A DNA stretch of 50,101 bases from an uncultured Coriobacteriales bacterium (GCA_964448475.1 CAYVBA010000004.1:1-50101); one strand, 5' to 3'. Positions 9,049-18,649 are shown, numbered from the stretch's first letter. Translations and numbers: made by a program. The notes: generated by a model from the sequence alone, not told the origin.

Positions 9049-9588
9049 TCACGGAGCAGCCAGGACCTCGATCACTTCGCCGATGAACATCTCGTGACCC
9101 GGCTCGTCGGGCTCGTAGGTGCGCTGGCGGATACTCTGGTCCTCCATGAGCTCGAGGTCCAGACGCTGGGAGTACATCTTCTTGCAGATGATGACACTGT
9201 CGCTCTGCGCGATGTAGGGCGTACCGCCCGCTGCGCGCGCCACATCGAAACCGGCGATCGCCAGCTTGTCCTCATCACGGCCCGATACGCGACCGAGGTA
9301 CGAGAGCGTCTCGCGGTGCTCTTCGCCGAGCCAGCAGATGGAGTAGCTCATCGAGCCCTCCATCAGACCGTACGTGTGGCGTGAAGGTCTCACGAAAACG
9401 GTGGCTTGCGGTATGTTCCAAAGCGTGCCGAGACTCCCCCATGAGATGGTCATGGCGTTGACGGCTCCGTCCTTCTCGCTCACGATGACGGCCCAATCCA
9501 CATCGAAGACGGTGAAGGGGTCGACGGTGACTTCGTCGAGTGGGATCGGTGTGAGCTCAGGCGTCGATCCGTGCTGGGCATCCGACAT
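9049..9588 (-). CDS. Flavin reductase-like FMN-binding domain protein
   Basis: DWAVIVSEKDGAVNAMTISWGSLGTLWN...VFVRPSRHTY resembles the Flavin_Reduct fold. ATG at 9588 preceded by AAAGGAGG. Confidence 0.6.
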   Translation of the reverse strand: MSDAQHGSTPELTPIPLDEVTVDPFTVFDVDWAVIVSEKDGAVNAMTISWGSLGTLWNIPQATVFVRPSRHTYGLMEGSMSYSICWLGEEHRETLSYLGRVSGRDEDKLAIAGFDVARAAGGTPYIAQSDSVIICKKMYSQRLDLELMEDQSIRQRTYEPDEPGHEMFIGEVIEVLAAP

Positions 9589-9646
9589 GAGGAACCTCCT
9601 TTTGACTATCATTGGGTGCAGTATACCGACCGAGTGAGGGGTTCAC

Positions 9647-10237
9647 GTGCATAAGGGTATCGTGCTCTACGCTTCCCGCGCGGGGCACACCGCTAGATAT
9701 GCGAAGGCCATAGCCGATGAGCTGGGGTACGACCTGCGCGATGCCCGCAAGGCGCGGGTGGGTCTCTTCGACCGGTATCACACGATCATCTACGGCGGTG
9801 GTCTCTACCGTGGCCGCATAGACGGCGTCGGGTTCATAATCGATAACTACGGCTACCTCTACGACCAGGACCTCATCATCTTCAGCGTGGGCGTGGCTCC
9901 CGTGGACGACAAGCTGGTCAACCAGGTCAAGCATATGAACATCCCCGACCACGTGCTGCGCAATTCGCACTACCGACCGCTGCCGGGCTGGTTCGATCCG
10001 GCGGATGCCCAGCGCTCCTTCTTGCATAAAGGGCCGCAGTACGACGCCCTGCGGTCTCTCATCGAGCGTGCTGAAGCGGGCGGCAGAGTCTCTCCGGGCG
10101 AGAGGATCGTGCTCGAAGCGCATCGCAAGGGTACGGGTGTCGGTGCGTACGACGAGAAGTCGATCGCGGCTATCCTTACGGCTGCGCGTATCGGCGAGAA
10201 GAACCGGGCTGCTCGCGAGGCGTGGCCCGACGTCTGA
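9647..10237 (+). CDS. Flavodoxin-like domain protein (HemG/Flavodoxin_5-like)
   Basis: IVLYASRAGHTARYAKAIADELG...IIYGGGLY is a flavodoxin-fold N-terminus. GTG start. Confidence 0.55.
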   Translation: MHKGIVLYASRAGHTARYAKAIADELGYDLRDARKARVGLFDRYHTIIYGGGLYRGRIDGVGFIIDNYGYLYDQDLIIFSVGVAPVDDKLVNQVKHMNIPDHVLRNSHYRPLPGWFDPADAQRSFLHKGPQYDALRSLIERAEAGGRVSPGERIVLEAHRKGTGVGAYDEKSIAAILTAARIGEKNRAAREAWPDV

Positions 10238-10255
10238 TCGTCGAGTGGAGCCGGG

Positions 10256-11146
10256 CTATCCCGCCTGCTCGGCCGCCTTTTGCTTGGCCTTCACGTGATC
10301 GGCGGCGTTGAGCCCCGCTACCTGCCCTTGACCGATAGCCTTCGAGACCTGCAGCGGCTTACCCGTGCAGTCCCCCGCCGCCCAGACGCCGGGAACCGAG
10401 GTCTCCATGTCAGCGGTCACGCTGATGAAGGGACCCTCGAGCTCGAGGCCGTCGAGGAGCTGAGAGGGAGCTATGGCCGGACGGAGGATGAAGACACCGT
10501 CCGCTGCGACCTTCTCGCCGTCCACTTCCACGCCTTCGAGTGCGTCATCCCCCACGATCGCGTACTTACGACCCTTGATGGTGGTGATGGTCTCGTTCAG
10601 GCCTTCGGGGATCACGTTGTTGACGAAGGTGACTTCGCAGCCGATCTCATCCAGGTAGTTTGCTTCAGCGACGGAATCCACGTCTTTGCCGATGACCACC
10701 ACGGGGCGCTCGCGGTAGAACATGCCGTCGCAGGTGGCGCAATAGCTGACGCCGCGGCCGAGGAACTCCTCCTCGCCGTCGTAACCCTTAGTCTGGCCGG
10801 TACCGAGCGCGAGTATGACGGCATGGCTCTCGAAGGTCTCATCACCCGTGCTGACCATGAAGTTCTCACCCAGGTCGAAGATATTGAGCACGCGGCGCTC
10901 GATGGTCCGGACCTCCCGGTCGCGGACGTGCTCAGCCAGCTGGTCGAGCATCTGTGCACCCGAGTAGTTGGGCATGCCCACGTGGTTGTCTATCAGGTGC
11001 GTCTTCCAGAGCGCCGTGTTGCGCGGATTGGCGGTGATTATGAGCACCGAGGCATTCCTGATGCGTGCGTTGAGCGCAGCTGAGAGCCCCGCCGGGCCTC
11101 CGCCTATGATGATCACGTCGTACATGGTGTCCTGATCCTGATTCAC
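10256..11146 (-). CDS. Thioredoxin-reductase-like flavoprotein (CATC redox centre) lacking canonical NADPH-binding motifs
   Basis: FAD motif IIIGGGPAG, redox CATCDG, C-terminal FAD motif GVWAAGDC. The second Rossmann is degenerate (VVVIGKDVDSVAE) and no HRRxxxR is present (EVTFVNNVIPEG). Confidence 0.8.
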   Translation of the reverse strand: MNQDQDTMYDVIIIGGGPAGLSAALNARIRNASVLIITANPRNTALWKTHLIDNHVGMPNYSGAQMLDQLAEHVRDREVRTIERRVLNIFDLGENFMVSTGDETFESHAVILALGTGQTKGYDGEEEFLGRGVSYCATCDGMFYRERPVVVIGKDVDSVAEANYLDEIGCEVTFVNNVIPEGLNETITTIKGRKYAIVGDDALEGVEVDGEKVAADGVFILRPAIAPSQLLDGLELEGPFISVTADMETSVPGVWAAGDCTGKPLQVSKAIGQGQVAGLNAADHVKAKQKAAEQAG

Positions 11147-12108
11147 TTCGTGGTCTCCTTCTCAGCAGCTCTGCGCAGGGAATCGTCTATGAGCGACCGA
11201 CAGAGCTCCTCGAACCCGATCCCGACCGCACGAGCGGAATCCGGGAGCAGCGAGGTCTTGGTCATACCGGGGATCGTATTGGTCTCCAATACCCAGAGGC
11301 GGCCGTCCGCATCCACCATCATGTCCGTACGGGACATGCCTTCACAACCGAGGGCGACGTGCGCTTGGACGGCGAGTCGAGAGGCTTCCGCCGTGAGTTC
11401 GTCACCGATCCGTGCGGGGATGATGTGCTCGGAGCCGCCCTCTTCGTACTTGGCTTCGTAATCGTAGAATTCGTGCCCCACGACCACGATCTCTATGACG
11501 GGGAGCGCACGGGGCTCGGGATCCTCCAGGACGCCGATCGTGATCTCCGTTCCGGAGACGTAGCGCTCGACCAGCACGGACGGAGCCTTAGCGAGCTCCT
11601 CTTCGAGTGCTGCGATCAGTTCTGCCTCATCGTGGACCATATGGACACCCACGGTGGAGCCGTCATCGAGCGGCTTGACGACCGAACGCTCCCCTACCGT
11701 TGCGATGATGTCCGCCACGTCCTTCTCGCCCCCACGGAACACCACGACCGAGTCGGGTGTGGGGATGTCGTTGTGCTCGTAGACCACCTTGGTCTGATGC
11801 TTGTCCATGGCGAGCGCGCTGGCCATGACTCCGGAACCCGTGTACGGCATACCGATCGTCGCGAGGAAGCCTTGGATCACGCCGTCCTCCCCGCCACGGC
11901 CGTGCATGGCGATGAACGCGACGTCCGCTTCGGATGTGGTGAGAGCCGTGAGGTCCTCACGGGAGGCGGGGTCGTAGTCCTCGACCATATAGCCCAGCGA
12001 GACGAGCGCTCTGCGCACCTCGGCCCCACTGGAGAGCGAGACGTCCCGCTCGTGGCTGGTTCCTCCGGCGAGAAGGGCCACCGTCATCGACTTCGGATCG
12101 TGTGTCAT
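11143..12108 (-). CDS. ddl: D-alanine--D-alanine ligase
   Basis: VALLAGGTSHERDVSLSSG, HGRGGEDGVIQG, ATP-grasp C-terminal part. ATG at 12108 preceded by GAGGAGG (the track ORF extends further upstream). Confidence 0.9.
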   Translation of the reverse strand: MTHDPKSMTVALLAGGTSHERDVSLSSGAEVRRALVSLGYMVEDYDPASREDLTALTTSEADVAFIAMHGRGGEDGVIQGFLATIGMPYTGSGVMASALAMDKHQTKVVYEHNDIPTPDSVVVFRGGEKDVADIIATVGERSVVKPLDDGSTVGVHMVHDEAELIAALEEELAKAPSVLVERYVSGTEITIGVLEDPEPRALPVIEIVVVGHEFYDYEAKYEEGGSEHIIPARIGDELTAEASRLAVQAHVALGCEGMSRTDMMVDADGRLWVLETNTIPGMTKTSLLPDSARAVGIGFEELCRSLIDDSLRRAAEKETTK

Positions 12109-12134
12109 CGTGCCTCCTCGGGATAGTTCGAGCT

Positions 12135-12962
12135 TCAGATGATAGGAGTGCCGAGTGCTGCTGCTTCGCTGATACGGAACGCCGCATACCATGCGGCGAC
12201 CGAGAGCAGGATGGTGATGCCTGATTTGCCGAACGCCGCAGGTAGATGGCCTTTAGGGTCGGTGGATTTGGCGCGCGCCGCCATGCCGAACGCGAAGGCG
12301 AAGATGACGCCGAGCACGATGATGGCCCCGAGGCCGAAGACGGCGTACATGAAGTATTCGGAGTCCGCGGGGTTGTGCGGGGTATCGTCGAACCGCCAGA
12401 TGTAGAGCATGCCACCGGCGAGCGCGAGTCCGAGTATCAAGTGGATCACGTACGGGACGATGGTGATGGAAGCGGGCGCCTTGCGGGTGAACTCCCCTAT
12501 CGGGCCGTCACCGAAATCGAACTGAGCGCGGTACCCGCCTGTGCTGTAGTTGGATTCGTACTCCCTACGAGGGATGACATCCAGGTCATCCACGGTCGTG
12601 GCCGGTGCTGCAGGAGCTTCGACCCGTACCACCGTAGCGTCCGGGCCCGGCGCGTCGTTCTCGCCATGGGTGTGACCCTCCACGTACCAGTCGGAATCCT
12701 CGAACTCCTCGTCCAGGAGGAAGTGGTCCGTCTCCGGGACAGCAGGCGCGGGCTCATCCATTACGTCGATACGATCCACCACGACGGCAGGTGCGACCTC
12801 GGGCTCCGTAGTCTCCACGACCGTCTCGTGATGCGGCTCCGGATGGTCGACGACATCATCGGACGTCGTATCCCGGGCCGATCCGAGGATGTCTCCCATG
12901 ATCTCATCCACGTGGTCATCTAGATCGATCGGATTGTTATCTATTCTCTGCTTATCAGCCAT
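12135..12962 (-). CDS. Hypothetical membrane protein with acidic N-terminal domain
   Basis: About 170 aa acidic/Pro-rich region followed by about 4 TM helices. No family recognised. Lies upstream of ddl on the same strand. Confidence 0.45.
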   Translation of the reverse strand: MADKQRIDNNPIDLDDHVDEIMGDILGSARDTTSDDVVDHPEPHHETVVETTEPEVAPAVVVDRIDVMDEPAPAVPETDHFLLDEEFEDSDWYVEGHTHGENDAPGPDATVVRVEAPAAPATTVDDLDVIPRREYESNYSTGGYRAQFDFGDGPIGEFTRKAPASITIVPYVIHLILGLALAGGMLYIWRFDDTPHNPADSEYFMYAVFGLGAIIVLGVIFAFAFGMAARAKSTDPKGHLPAAFGKSGITILLSVAAWYAAFRISEAAALGTPII

Positions 12963-13075
12963 TTCCACGACTCCCGGATGATGTATGTTGAAGGTCAGTC
13001 TACCCTAGAAATCGGGTGTCACCGCACCTGTAGGCACACAGGGACCGTACATCGCAAGAAGAACGGGAGGCACGT

Positions 13076-13579
13076 ATGAAGGTTTATCGTTGCAAGGGTT
13101 GTGGCTACCTCGAGGTCGGAGAAGCGCCGGATATCTGCCCCATGTGTGGCGCGCCGAAGAAGTTCTTCGTCGAGTACGAAGTCCCCGATGTGAAGGGGAC
13201 CAAGACGGAGGAGAACCTCAAGGCAGCATTCGCAGGCGAGTCCCAGGCGAACCGCCGATACACGCTCTACCAGCGCATCGCTGAGCTGGAAGGTGTGGAT
13301 CAGGAGATCATCGACGCCTTCGACCGTCCCCTCAAGGAAGAGACGGCTCACGCACTCGCAGAGCTCATCTACTTGGGCGGATACGGCGATACCGCCGAGA
13401 ACCTCAAGATGGCCGCTGAGGGCGAGAAGTACGAGAAGGAATCCATGTACCCCGAGTTCGCCGCGACCGCTGAGGAAGAGGGCTTCGCAGAGATCGCCCA
13501 CTTCTTCCGCGCAGTAGGTAACTACGAAGGCGAGCATATGGCTGGCTACAAAGAAGCCGGCGAGAAACTGGAGGGTTAG
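13076..13579 (+). CDS. rbr: Reverse rubrerythrin (N-terminal rubredoxin-like Cys4 + ferritin-like di-iron domain)
   Basis: CKGCGY...CPMCG at the N-terminus, then TEENLKAAFAGESQANRRY and EETAHALAE / GEH di-iron helices. Confidence 0.85.
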   Translation: MKVYRCKGCGYLEVGEAPDICPMCGAPKKFFVEYEVPDVKGTKTEENLKAAFAGESQANRRYTLYQRIAELEGVDQEIIDAFDRPLKEETAHALAELIYLGGYGDTAENLKMAAEGEKYEKESMYPEFAATAEEEGFAEIAHFFRAVGNYEGEHMAGYKEAGEKLEG

Positions 13580-13586
13580 GAACACG

Positions 13587-14636
13587 ATGCGAGCAACCGA
13601 AGAGATCGCTGGTATAAAGGCATACGGCATCGGTGGTATCGAGACCATCGTGGAGGAGATCGGACTACCGCGCTTCCGCGCTGGCCAGCTCATCCAGTGG
13701 CTCTACGGTAAAGGAGCTCGCTCGTTCGACGAGATGACCAACCTGCCGATCGCCCTGCGGGACAACCTCGCAGGGCGGTTCGACGTCTCCTTTCCGGAGG
13801 TCGTCGAACGCAGGTTCTCGGAGGACGGCACCAGGAAGTATCTCGTCGAGTTCCAGGATGGCGCGCAGGCCGAGATCGTCGGCATACCTAGTAAGGACCG
13901 TCTCTCGGTCTGCGTCTCATCCCAAGTAGGCTGCGCTATGGGTTGCTCCTTCTGCGCAACCGGTATGGAAGGCCTCGGTCGCAACCTCGGTCCCGGTGAG
14001 ATCGCGGACCAAGTACGTATCGTGGCGGAGGATTTCGGCGAGCGTGTCTCGAACGTCGTGGTCATGGGCCAGGGCGAGCCGTTCATGAACTACGATGCCA
14101 CGCTCGAAGCCATGAGAATCATGAACCATCCGGATGCGTTCAACATAGGGGCGCGACACATAACGGTGAGCACATGCGGTGTTCTGCCTGGTATACGACG
14201 GTTCGCTACGGAACCTGAGCAGTTCACACTCGCTATCTCCTTGCATTCCGCGATCCAGAAGACCCGCGACCGGCTCATGCCCGGAGTCAAGGCGTACACG
14301 CTCGACCGCCTCCGCGACTCCGTCATCTCCTACGCCGAGAGCACCCACAGGCGTCCGACGTTCGAGTACGCGCTCATCGCCGGAGTGAACGATACCGATG
14401 AGGAGATGGAAGCTCTCGCTGACTTCACCGAAGGCATCCTCGCTCACGTCAACATCATCCCGTTGAATCCCGTGAGTAAGAGCCGCCTCAAGCCGTCCAC
14501 CATGGAGCGCGCGGAGGATTTCGCTCGCGCACTCGGACGTCGTGGAACCGAGGTCACCGTACGGAAGTCACGCGGATCCGACATCGAAGCCGCATGCGGC
14601 CAGTTGAAACAAGTGGTCAGAGGCGAGGAATCCTAG
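13587..14636 (+). CDS. rlmN: 23S rRNA/tRNA (adenine-C2)-methyltransferase RlmN (radical SAM)
   Basis: RAGQLIQWLY, radical-SAM CAMGCSFCATG, C-terminal catalytic Cys (IEAACGQL). Confidence 0.92.
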   Translation: MRATEEIAGIKAYGIGGIETIVEEIGLPRFRAGQLIQWLYGKGARSFDEMTNLPIALRDNLAGRFDVSFPEVVERRFSEDGTRKYLVEFQDGAQAEIVGIPSKDRLSVCVSSQVGCAMGCSFCATGMEGLGRNLGPGEIADQVRIVAEDFGERVSNVVVMGQGEPFMNYDATLEAMRIMNHPDAFNIGARHITVSTCGVLPGIRRFATEPEQFTLAISLHSAIQKTRDRLMPGVKAYTLDRLRDSVISYAESTHRRPTFEYALIAGVNDTDEEMEALADFTEGILAHVNIIPLNPVSKSRLKPSTMERAEDFARALGRRGTEVTVRKSRGSDIEAACGQLKQVVRGEES

Positions 14637-14899
14637 AACGGAGCTTCGACCGACCTGACCTTGTCCCACTGCTCCTGAACCCACGCAGCGTTCTTCCGCG
14701 ATGCCTCCTGAGCCTTGCGGGCGCTCTCTTCGGAACGCTTCTTCGCGAGGCGCGCTACCTGCCCGATGTCTTCCTTCGTATCATCCACGGTCTTGGCCAG
14801 TCGCGCCCTCAGCTCGTTGTCGGTGGCTATGGTCACCACCGTGATCGCTACGGCGGCACCGATGATGGCGCCTGCTGCGATGATCGCACCGTTTCTCAT
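14633..14899 (-). CDS. YtxH-like small membrane-anchored stress protein
   Basis: N-terminal Gly/Ala TM helix followed by a charged helical region (KEDIGQVARLAKKRSEESARKAQE). Confidence 0.45.
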   Translation of the reverse strand: MRNGAIIAAGAIIGAAVAITVVTIATDNELRARLAKTVDDTKEDIGQVARLAKKRSEESARKAQEASRKNAAWVQEQWDKVRSVEAPF

Positions 14900-14903
14900 G
14901 TCT

Positions 14904-15746
14904 TCACTCCCCCATCAGATCGAGGATCCTGGCAAGGTCCTCCTCGTCGGAGAACTCTATCTCGATCTTGTTCTTGCCCTTGATCGTCTTCACCCTGACG
15001 TTCGTATCGAGAAGATCGCGGAGCGCACGTGCTGCCACCTTGAACGAGCGCGGTACCGCTCGGCTGACCGGTGCAGTCTCCTGGTTCGACTTCAGGAGTG
15101 GGATGAGGTTCTCGGTCTCACGTACGGAGAGTCCCTTCTCCACGATGCGATGAGCGAGCTTTATCCTCTGCTCAGGATAAGGCAGGGCGAGAATGGCGCG
15201 CCCGTGTCCAGCGCTGATCTTCCCGTCGAAGAGGAGGTTCTGTACCTCTTCCGGAAGATCCAGGAGTCTCAAGGAGTTCGTGATGGTGGATCTCGACTTG
15301 GAGACCGTACGGGCGAGCTCTTCTTGAGTCATGTCGGTCCGCTCGATGAGAGACTTATAGCCCTTAGCTTCTTCGATAGCGTTCAGGTCGGTTCGTTGCA
15401 GGTTCTCTATAAGAGCGAGTTTCAATGTTTCTATATCATCAACCTGCATTATCCTCACAGGGATAGATTGTAAACCCGCCTTCTTAGCTGCTTGCCAACG
15501 ACGCTCCCCCGCTATGATCTGATATCCCTTACCCTCAGGCCTCACGACAACAGGCTGGATCAGACCTACCTCAGCGATGGAATCGGAAAGCTCGGTGAGT
15601 GCATCCGCATCGAACTCGGTTCGTGGTTGATCGGGGTTCGGGTGGATCTCCTTGAGAGGTAGCTCCTTCGTACTCCCCTCTTCGGATGATTCTACTTCAG
15701 GGATGAGGGAGCCGAGACCTTTCCCAAGACCGGATTTTCTAGCCAC
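14904..15746 (-). CDS. parB: Chromosome partitioning protein ParB/Spo0J
   Basis: GLGKGLGSLI, LIQPVVVRP, IIAGERRWQAAKKAG, HTH region. 8-nt overlap with parA. Confidence 0.95.
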   Translation of the reverse strand: MARKSGLGKGLGSLIPEVESSEEGSTKELPLKEIHPNPDQPRTEFDADALTELSDSIAEVGLIQPVVVRPEGKGYQIIAGERRWQAAKKAGLQSIPVRIMQVDDIETLKLALIENLQRTDLNAIEEAKGYKSLIERTDMTQEELARTVSKSRSTITNSLRLLDLPEEVQNLLFDGKISAGHGRAILALPYPEQRIKLAHRIVEKGLSVRETENLIPLLKSNQETAPVSRAVPRSFKVAARALRDLLDTNVRVKTIKGKNKIEIEFSDEEDLARILDLMGE

Positions 15747-16500
15747 GAGCGATCACTTCCTTCGCGAGTTTCTTGTACGCTAAAGCACCTTTGTTGAGCG
15801 GAGCGTATTGGTTGACAGGAATCCCGTAACTGGGAGCTTCTGACAGTTTGACCGTTCGTGGAATCATGACCTTGAACACGTCATCTCCGAAGAAGTTCCT
15901 GACTTCGTTTACCACCTGTTTAGAAAGAGTGGTTCTACTGTCGTACATAGTGATGAGCACTCCGAAGATCTCAAGTTCCTTATTGAGTGAGCCTTGGATC
16001 AACTTCATGGATTCAAGCAGCTTCGAAACACCTTCGAGCGCATAATACTCAGCTTGGATCGGAATCAGCAACCCGTCGGCAGCAGTAAGAGCATTCACTG
16101 TTAGAAGGCCGAGCGAAGGCGGACAATCTATAAGGATGTAGTCGAATTCTTCATCTAACGTGGCTATGAGCTCTTTGAGCTTGTACTCCCTATGCTCGAT
16201 ATCTACGAGTTCTATCTCTGCGCCTGCTAGTTCGATGTCAGTAGGGATGATCCTCACGTTCTTCGCTGCGGTGTCGAGGATGATCTCAGATACAGTGATG
16301 TCTCCGAAAAGAGCTTCGTAAATCCCACTCGCTAATTCATCTTTGTTGATTCCAAGGCCACTGGTCGTGTTTCCCTGTGGGTCGAAATCGATGACTAGGA
16401 CCTTCTTCTTATTGGCACCCAATGTCGCAGCAAGGTTGACAGCGGTAGTCGATTTCCCGACTCCACCTTTCTGGTTGATTACTGCTAGTGTTCTGGCCAT
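15739..16500 (-). CDS. parA: Chromosome partitioning ATPase ParA/Soj
   Basis: Deviant Walker A NQKGGVGKSTTAVNLA, DCPPSLG. Confidence 0.95.
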   Translation of the reverse strand: MARTLAVINQKGGVGKSTTAVNLAATLGANKKKVLVIDFDPQGNTTSGLGINKDELASGIYEALFGDITVSEIILDTAAKNVRIIPTDIELAGAEIELVDIEHREYKLKELIATLDEEFDYILIDCPPSLGLLTVNALTAADGLLIPIQAEYYALEGVSKLLESMKLIQGSLNKELEIFGVLITMYDSRTTLSKQVVNEVRNFFGDDVFKVMIPRTVKLSEAPSYGIPVNQYAPLNKGALAYKKLAKEVIARG

Positions 16501-16511
16501 GCATCCCCCGA

Positions 16512-16527
16512 TGTTTCACGTGAAACA
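16512..16527. promoter_or_regulatory. parS centromere-like site (perfect 16-bp palindrome TGTTTCACGTGAAACA)
   Basis: Exact palindrome read in the sequence, between the parA start and the rsmG stop. Matches the published parS consensus tGTTNCACGTGAAACa. Confidence 0.9.
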
Positions 16528-17271
16528 CTACGCGAGAGGGCGCTTCTGGGCCCTTCCTGTAGCTCTCGGTAGCGAGACAGACTCTGTACTGGTCTTTACA
16601 TATACTAGTACAGTCCGCTGACCATATGAGTTGGTGAGATCGATATGTTCCATAGTCTTCAAATCTAGCCCGACCATACGTGCGACCTCGTCTCCCGAAT
16701 CCTTCTCTTCTTTAGAAAGTGGTCCCTTCGAAGAGATGAGAAGATCCCCAATATCCATATGCTGAGAAGCAAGTTCGAGCAGGGAGGGGAGTGCAGTGAG
16801 TGCTCGAGCTAGAACGACCCTGCGCATATGTGAGGGCTCGTCGAGCTCTTCGATGCGGGAATGAACAGCATTCAATCTATCGTCATATCCCAGCGACTGG
16901 ATGAATGAGCTCACGAGTTCGATCTTCTTCTTCGTTGAATCGACCAGTATTCCGGATCGGCCAGTTAGGATCGAGTAGGGGATACCTGGGAAGCCCCCGC
17001 CTGTGCCGATATCAAGGAACTCATGGTCCTCTTCGAGAGCGAACCGCGCGAATACAGCAGAGTCTTGAATATGAAGCACAAGTCCGTCTTCAAGGGATCT
17101 GATACTTGTCAGGTTCGTTATCTTATTCGCTTCCAAGACAAGATCAAGATGATCGATGAGTGCTGCTGCCTGTTGCGTGCTGCAATCAACACCGATATGT
17201 GAGCAAAGAAGAACAACCTCATCCTGAAGATCGGATGAGGTTGTTTCACGTGAAACATTTACTTCGTTCAT
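16528..17271 (-). CDS. rsmG: 16S rRNA (guanine527-N7)-methyltransferase RsmG (GidB)
   Basis: SAM motif FLDIGTGGGFPGIP. Conserved position between jag and parA. Confidence 0.92.
   Translation of the reverse strand: MNEVNVSRETTSSDLQDEVVLLCSHIGVDCSTQQAAALIDHLDLVLEANKITNLTSIRSLEDGLVLHIQDSAVFARFALEEDHEFLDIGTGGGFPGIPYSILTGRSGILVDSTKKKIELVSSFIQSLGYDDRLNAVHSRIEELDEPSHMRRVVLARALTALPSLLELASQHMDIGDLLISSKGPLSKEEKDSGDEVARMVGLDLKTMEHIDLTNSYGQRTVLVYVKTSTESVSLPRATGRAQKRPLA
17242..17257. promoter_or_regulatory. Second parS site (identical TGTTTCACGTGAAACA) embedded in rsmG codons 5-10
   Basis: Exact repeat of the 16-mer at 16512. Encodes ..VSRET.. of RsmG on the minus strand. Confidence 0.9.
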
Positions 17272-17273
17272 GA

Positions 17274-17879
17274 TCAGAGAGGTCTGATGACGACGTATCG
17301 CATAGGGTCACGACCTTCGGAGCTTGTCTCGACGTCAGCACGATCACGAAGCGCCATATGTACGACCCTACGTTCATAAGCGCTCATAGGCTTTAGCTTG
17401 ACTTCACGATTCTGATCAGCTGCGCGATCCGCTGCCGAAACTGCGATAGTCTCGACTTTCTGGCGGCGACGACTCTTGTAGCTCTCGATATCGACGACGA
17501 TGGGATAGCGGAATCCTAGCTGACGATTGATCATGAGACTGATGATCGTCTGGAGAGCATCGAGTGTTCTGCCATGACGTCCGATCAATACAGCGAGGTC
17601 GGCATCCGTCACATCGAGTATGAGTTCACCCTCTTCGCCTTCGTACTCACTGATCGTTGCATCATTCACGTCGAAGTAGGCGAGAACACCTCTTACGGTA
17701 TTGATCGCGAGATCCGCGATTCTATCGAGTTCCTCATCGAGAAGCTCCTCCCCGTTCTTGAACTTCTCTCCTATCTCATAAAACACATTTCCTGCTATTT
17801 GTTCTTCATCAGAGATAATTTCTTCGTCTTCGACGACTTCGTTCGTGTCGAGCTCGTTGTTAGTATTCATCGTATTCAC
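17274..17879 (-). CDS. jag: Jag/KhpB RNA-binding protein (Jag_N, KH, R3H)
   Basis: R3H motif region MSAYERRVVHMAL, KH-like GRHGRTLDALQ. Position downstream of yidC. Confidence 0.88.
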   Translation of the reverse strand: MNTMNTNNELDTNEVVEDEEIISDEEQIAGNVFYEIGEKFKNGEELLDEELDRIADLAINTVRGVLAYFDVNDATISEYEGEEGELILDVTDADLAVLIGRHGRTLDALQTIISLMINRQLGFRYPIVVDIESYKSRRRQKVETIAVSAADRAADQNREVKLKPMSAYERRVVHMALRDRADVETSSEGRDPMRYVVIRPL

Positions 17880-17888
17880 CCGTTCGAA

Positions 17889-18629
17889 CTAGCGCTTCTT
17901 CTTCGGTCGTTGCTTTCTCTCAGTACGGACGACATCGACCTCGATCGGCTTCACTGTATCAGCTTCCTCAGATTCAGCCTCGAGCTTCGTCTTCTTATTG
18001 ATGATCAGTTGTTGTGCGATACCCCAGAGTGAAGAGGTGTCCCAGTAGAGAAGGACACCGGCAGGGGAGATGAAACCGAAATAGAGCATCATGACTGACA
18101 TCATTCCGCCCATGAGCTTCATGTTCTTATCTGCTTTGCTTTGAAGCAACATCGGGATGAGTGTGGAGACGCCGAAGAACACGACCAAGATCAGGAAGGG
18201 GAGTGCTGCTATGATGCCGTTGTTGGTGAGCACCTCCTGGGGTGTGGAGGTCAGGGGGCTCACGAGATTGTAGAAGGAAGCACCCTCAGGTACTTGAGTC
18301 CGAAGCACATTGAACAGTGCGATGAAGATAGGCATCTGTACGAGCATAGGCAGACAGCCAGCAGCAGGATTGAACTTGTTCTCAGCGTAGAACTTCATCA
18401 TCTCTTCGTTGAGACGCTGAGGATCATCAGCATACTTCTGCTGGATCTCCTGGAGCTTCGGAGTGAGAAGCTGCATCGCTGCAGTCGATTTCATCTGCTT
18501 CAATGTGAGAGGTAGCAATATTATTCTCAATATTACAGTTAATACTATGATAGCTAATCCCCAGTCACCGACCACGGACTCCAGAGCTACCAATATCGAG
18601 AAGAGAAAATCCTTAAACCATGTCCACAT
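17889..18629 (-). CDS. yidC: Membrane protein insertase YidC
   Basis: Short Gram-positive type. GCLPMLVQMPIFIALF, basic C-terminal tail. Conserved synteny. Confidence 0.92.
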   Translation of the reverse strand: MWTWFKDFLFSILVALESVVGDWGLAIIVLTVILRIILLPLTLKQMKSTAAMQLLTPKLQEIQQKYADDPQRLNEEMMKFYAENKFNPAAGCLPMLVQMPIFIALFNVLRTQVPEGASFYNLVSPLTSTPQEVLTNNGIIAALPFLILVVFFGVSTLIPMLLQSKADKNMKLMGGMMSVMMLYFGFISPAGVLLYWDTSSLWGIAQQLIINKKTKLEAESEEADTVKPIEVDVVRTERKQRPKKKR

Positions 18630-18649
18630 GGGTCCTCCGTTGAAAACTA

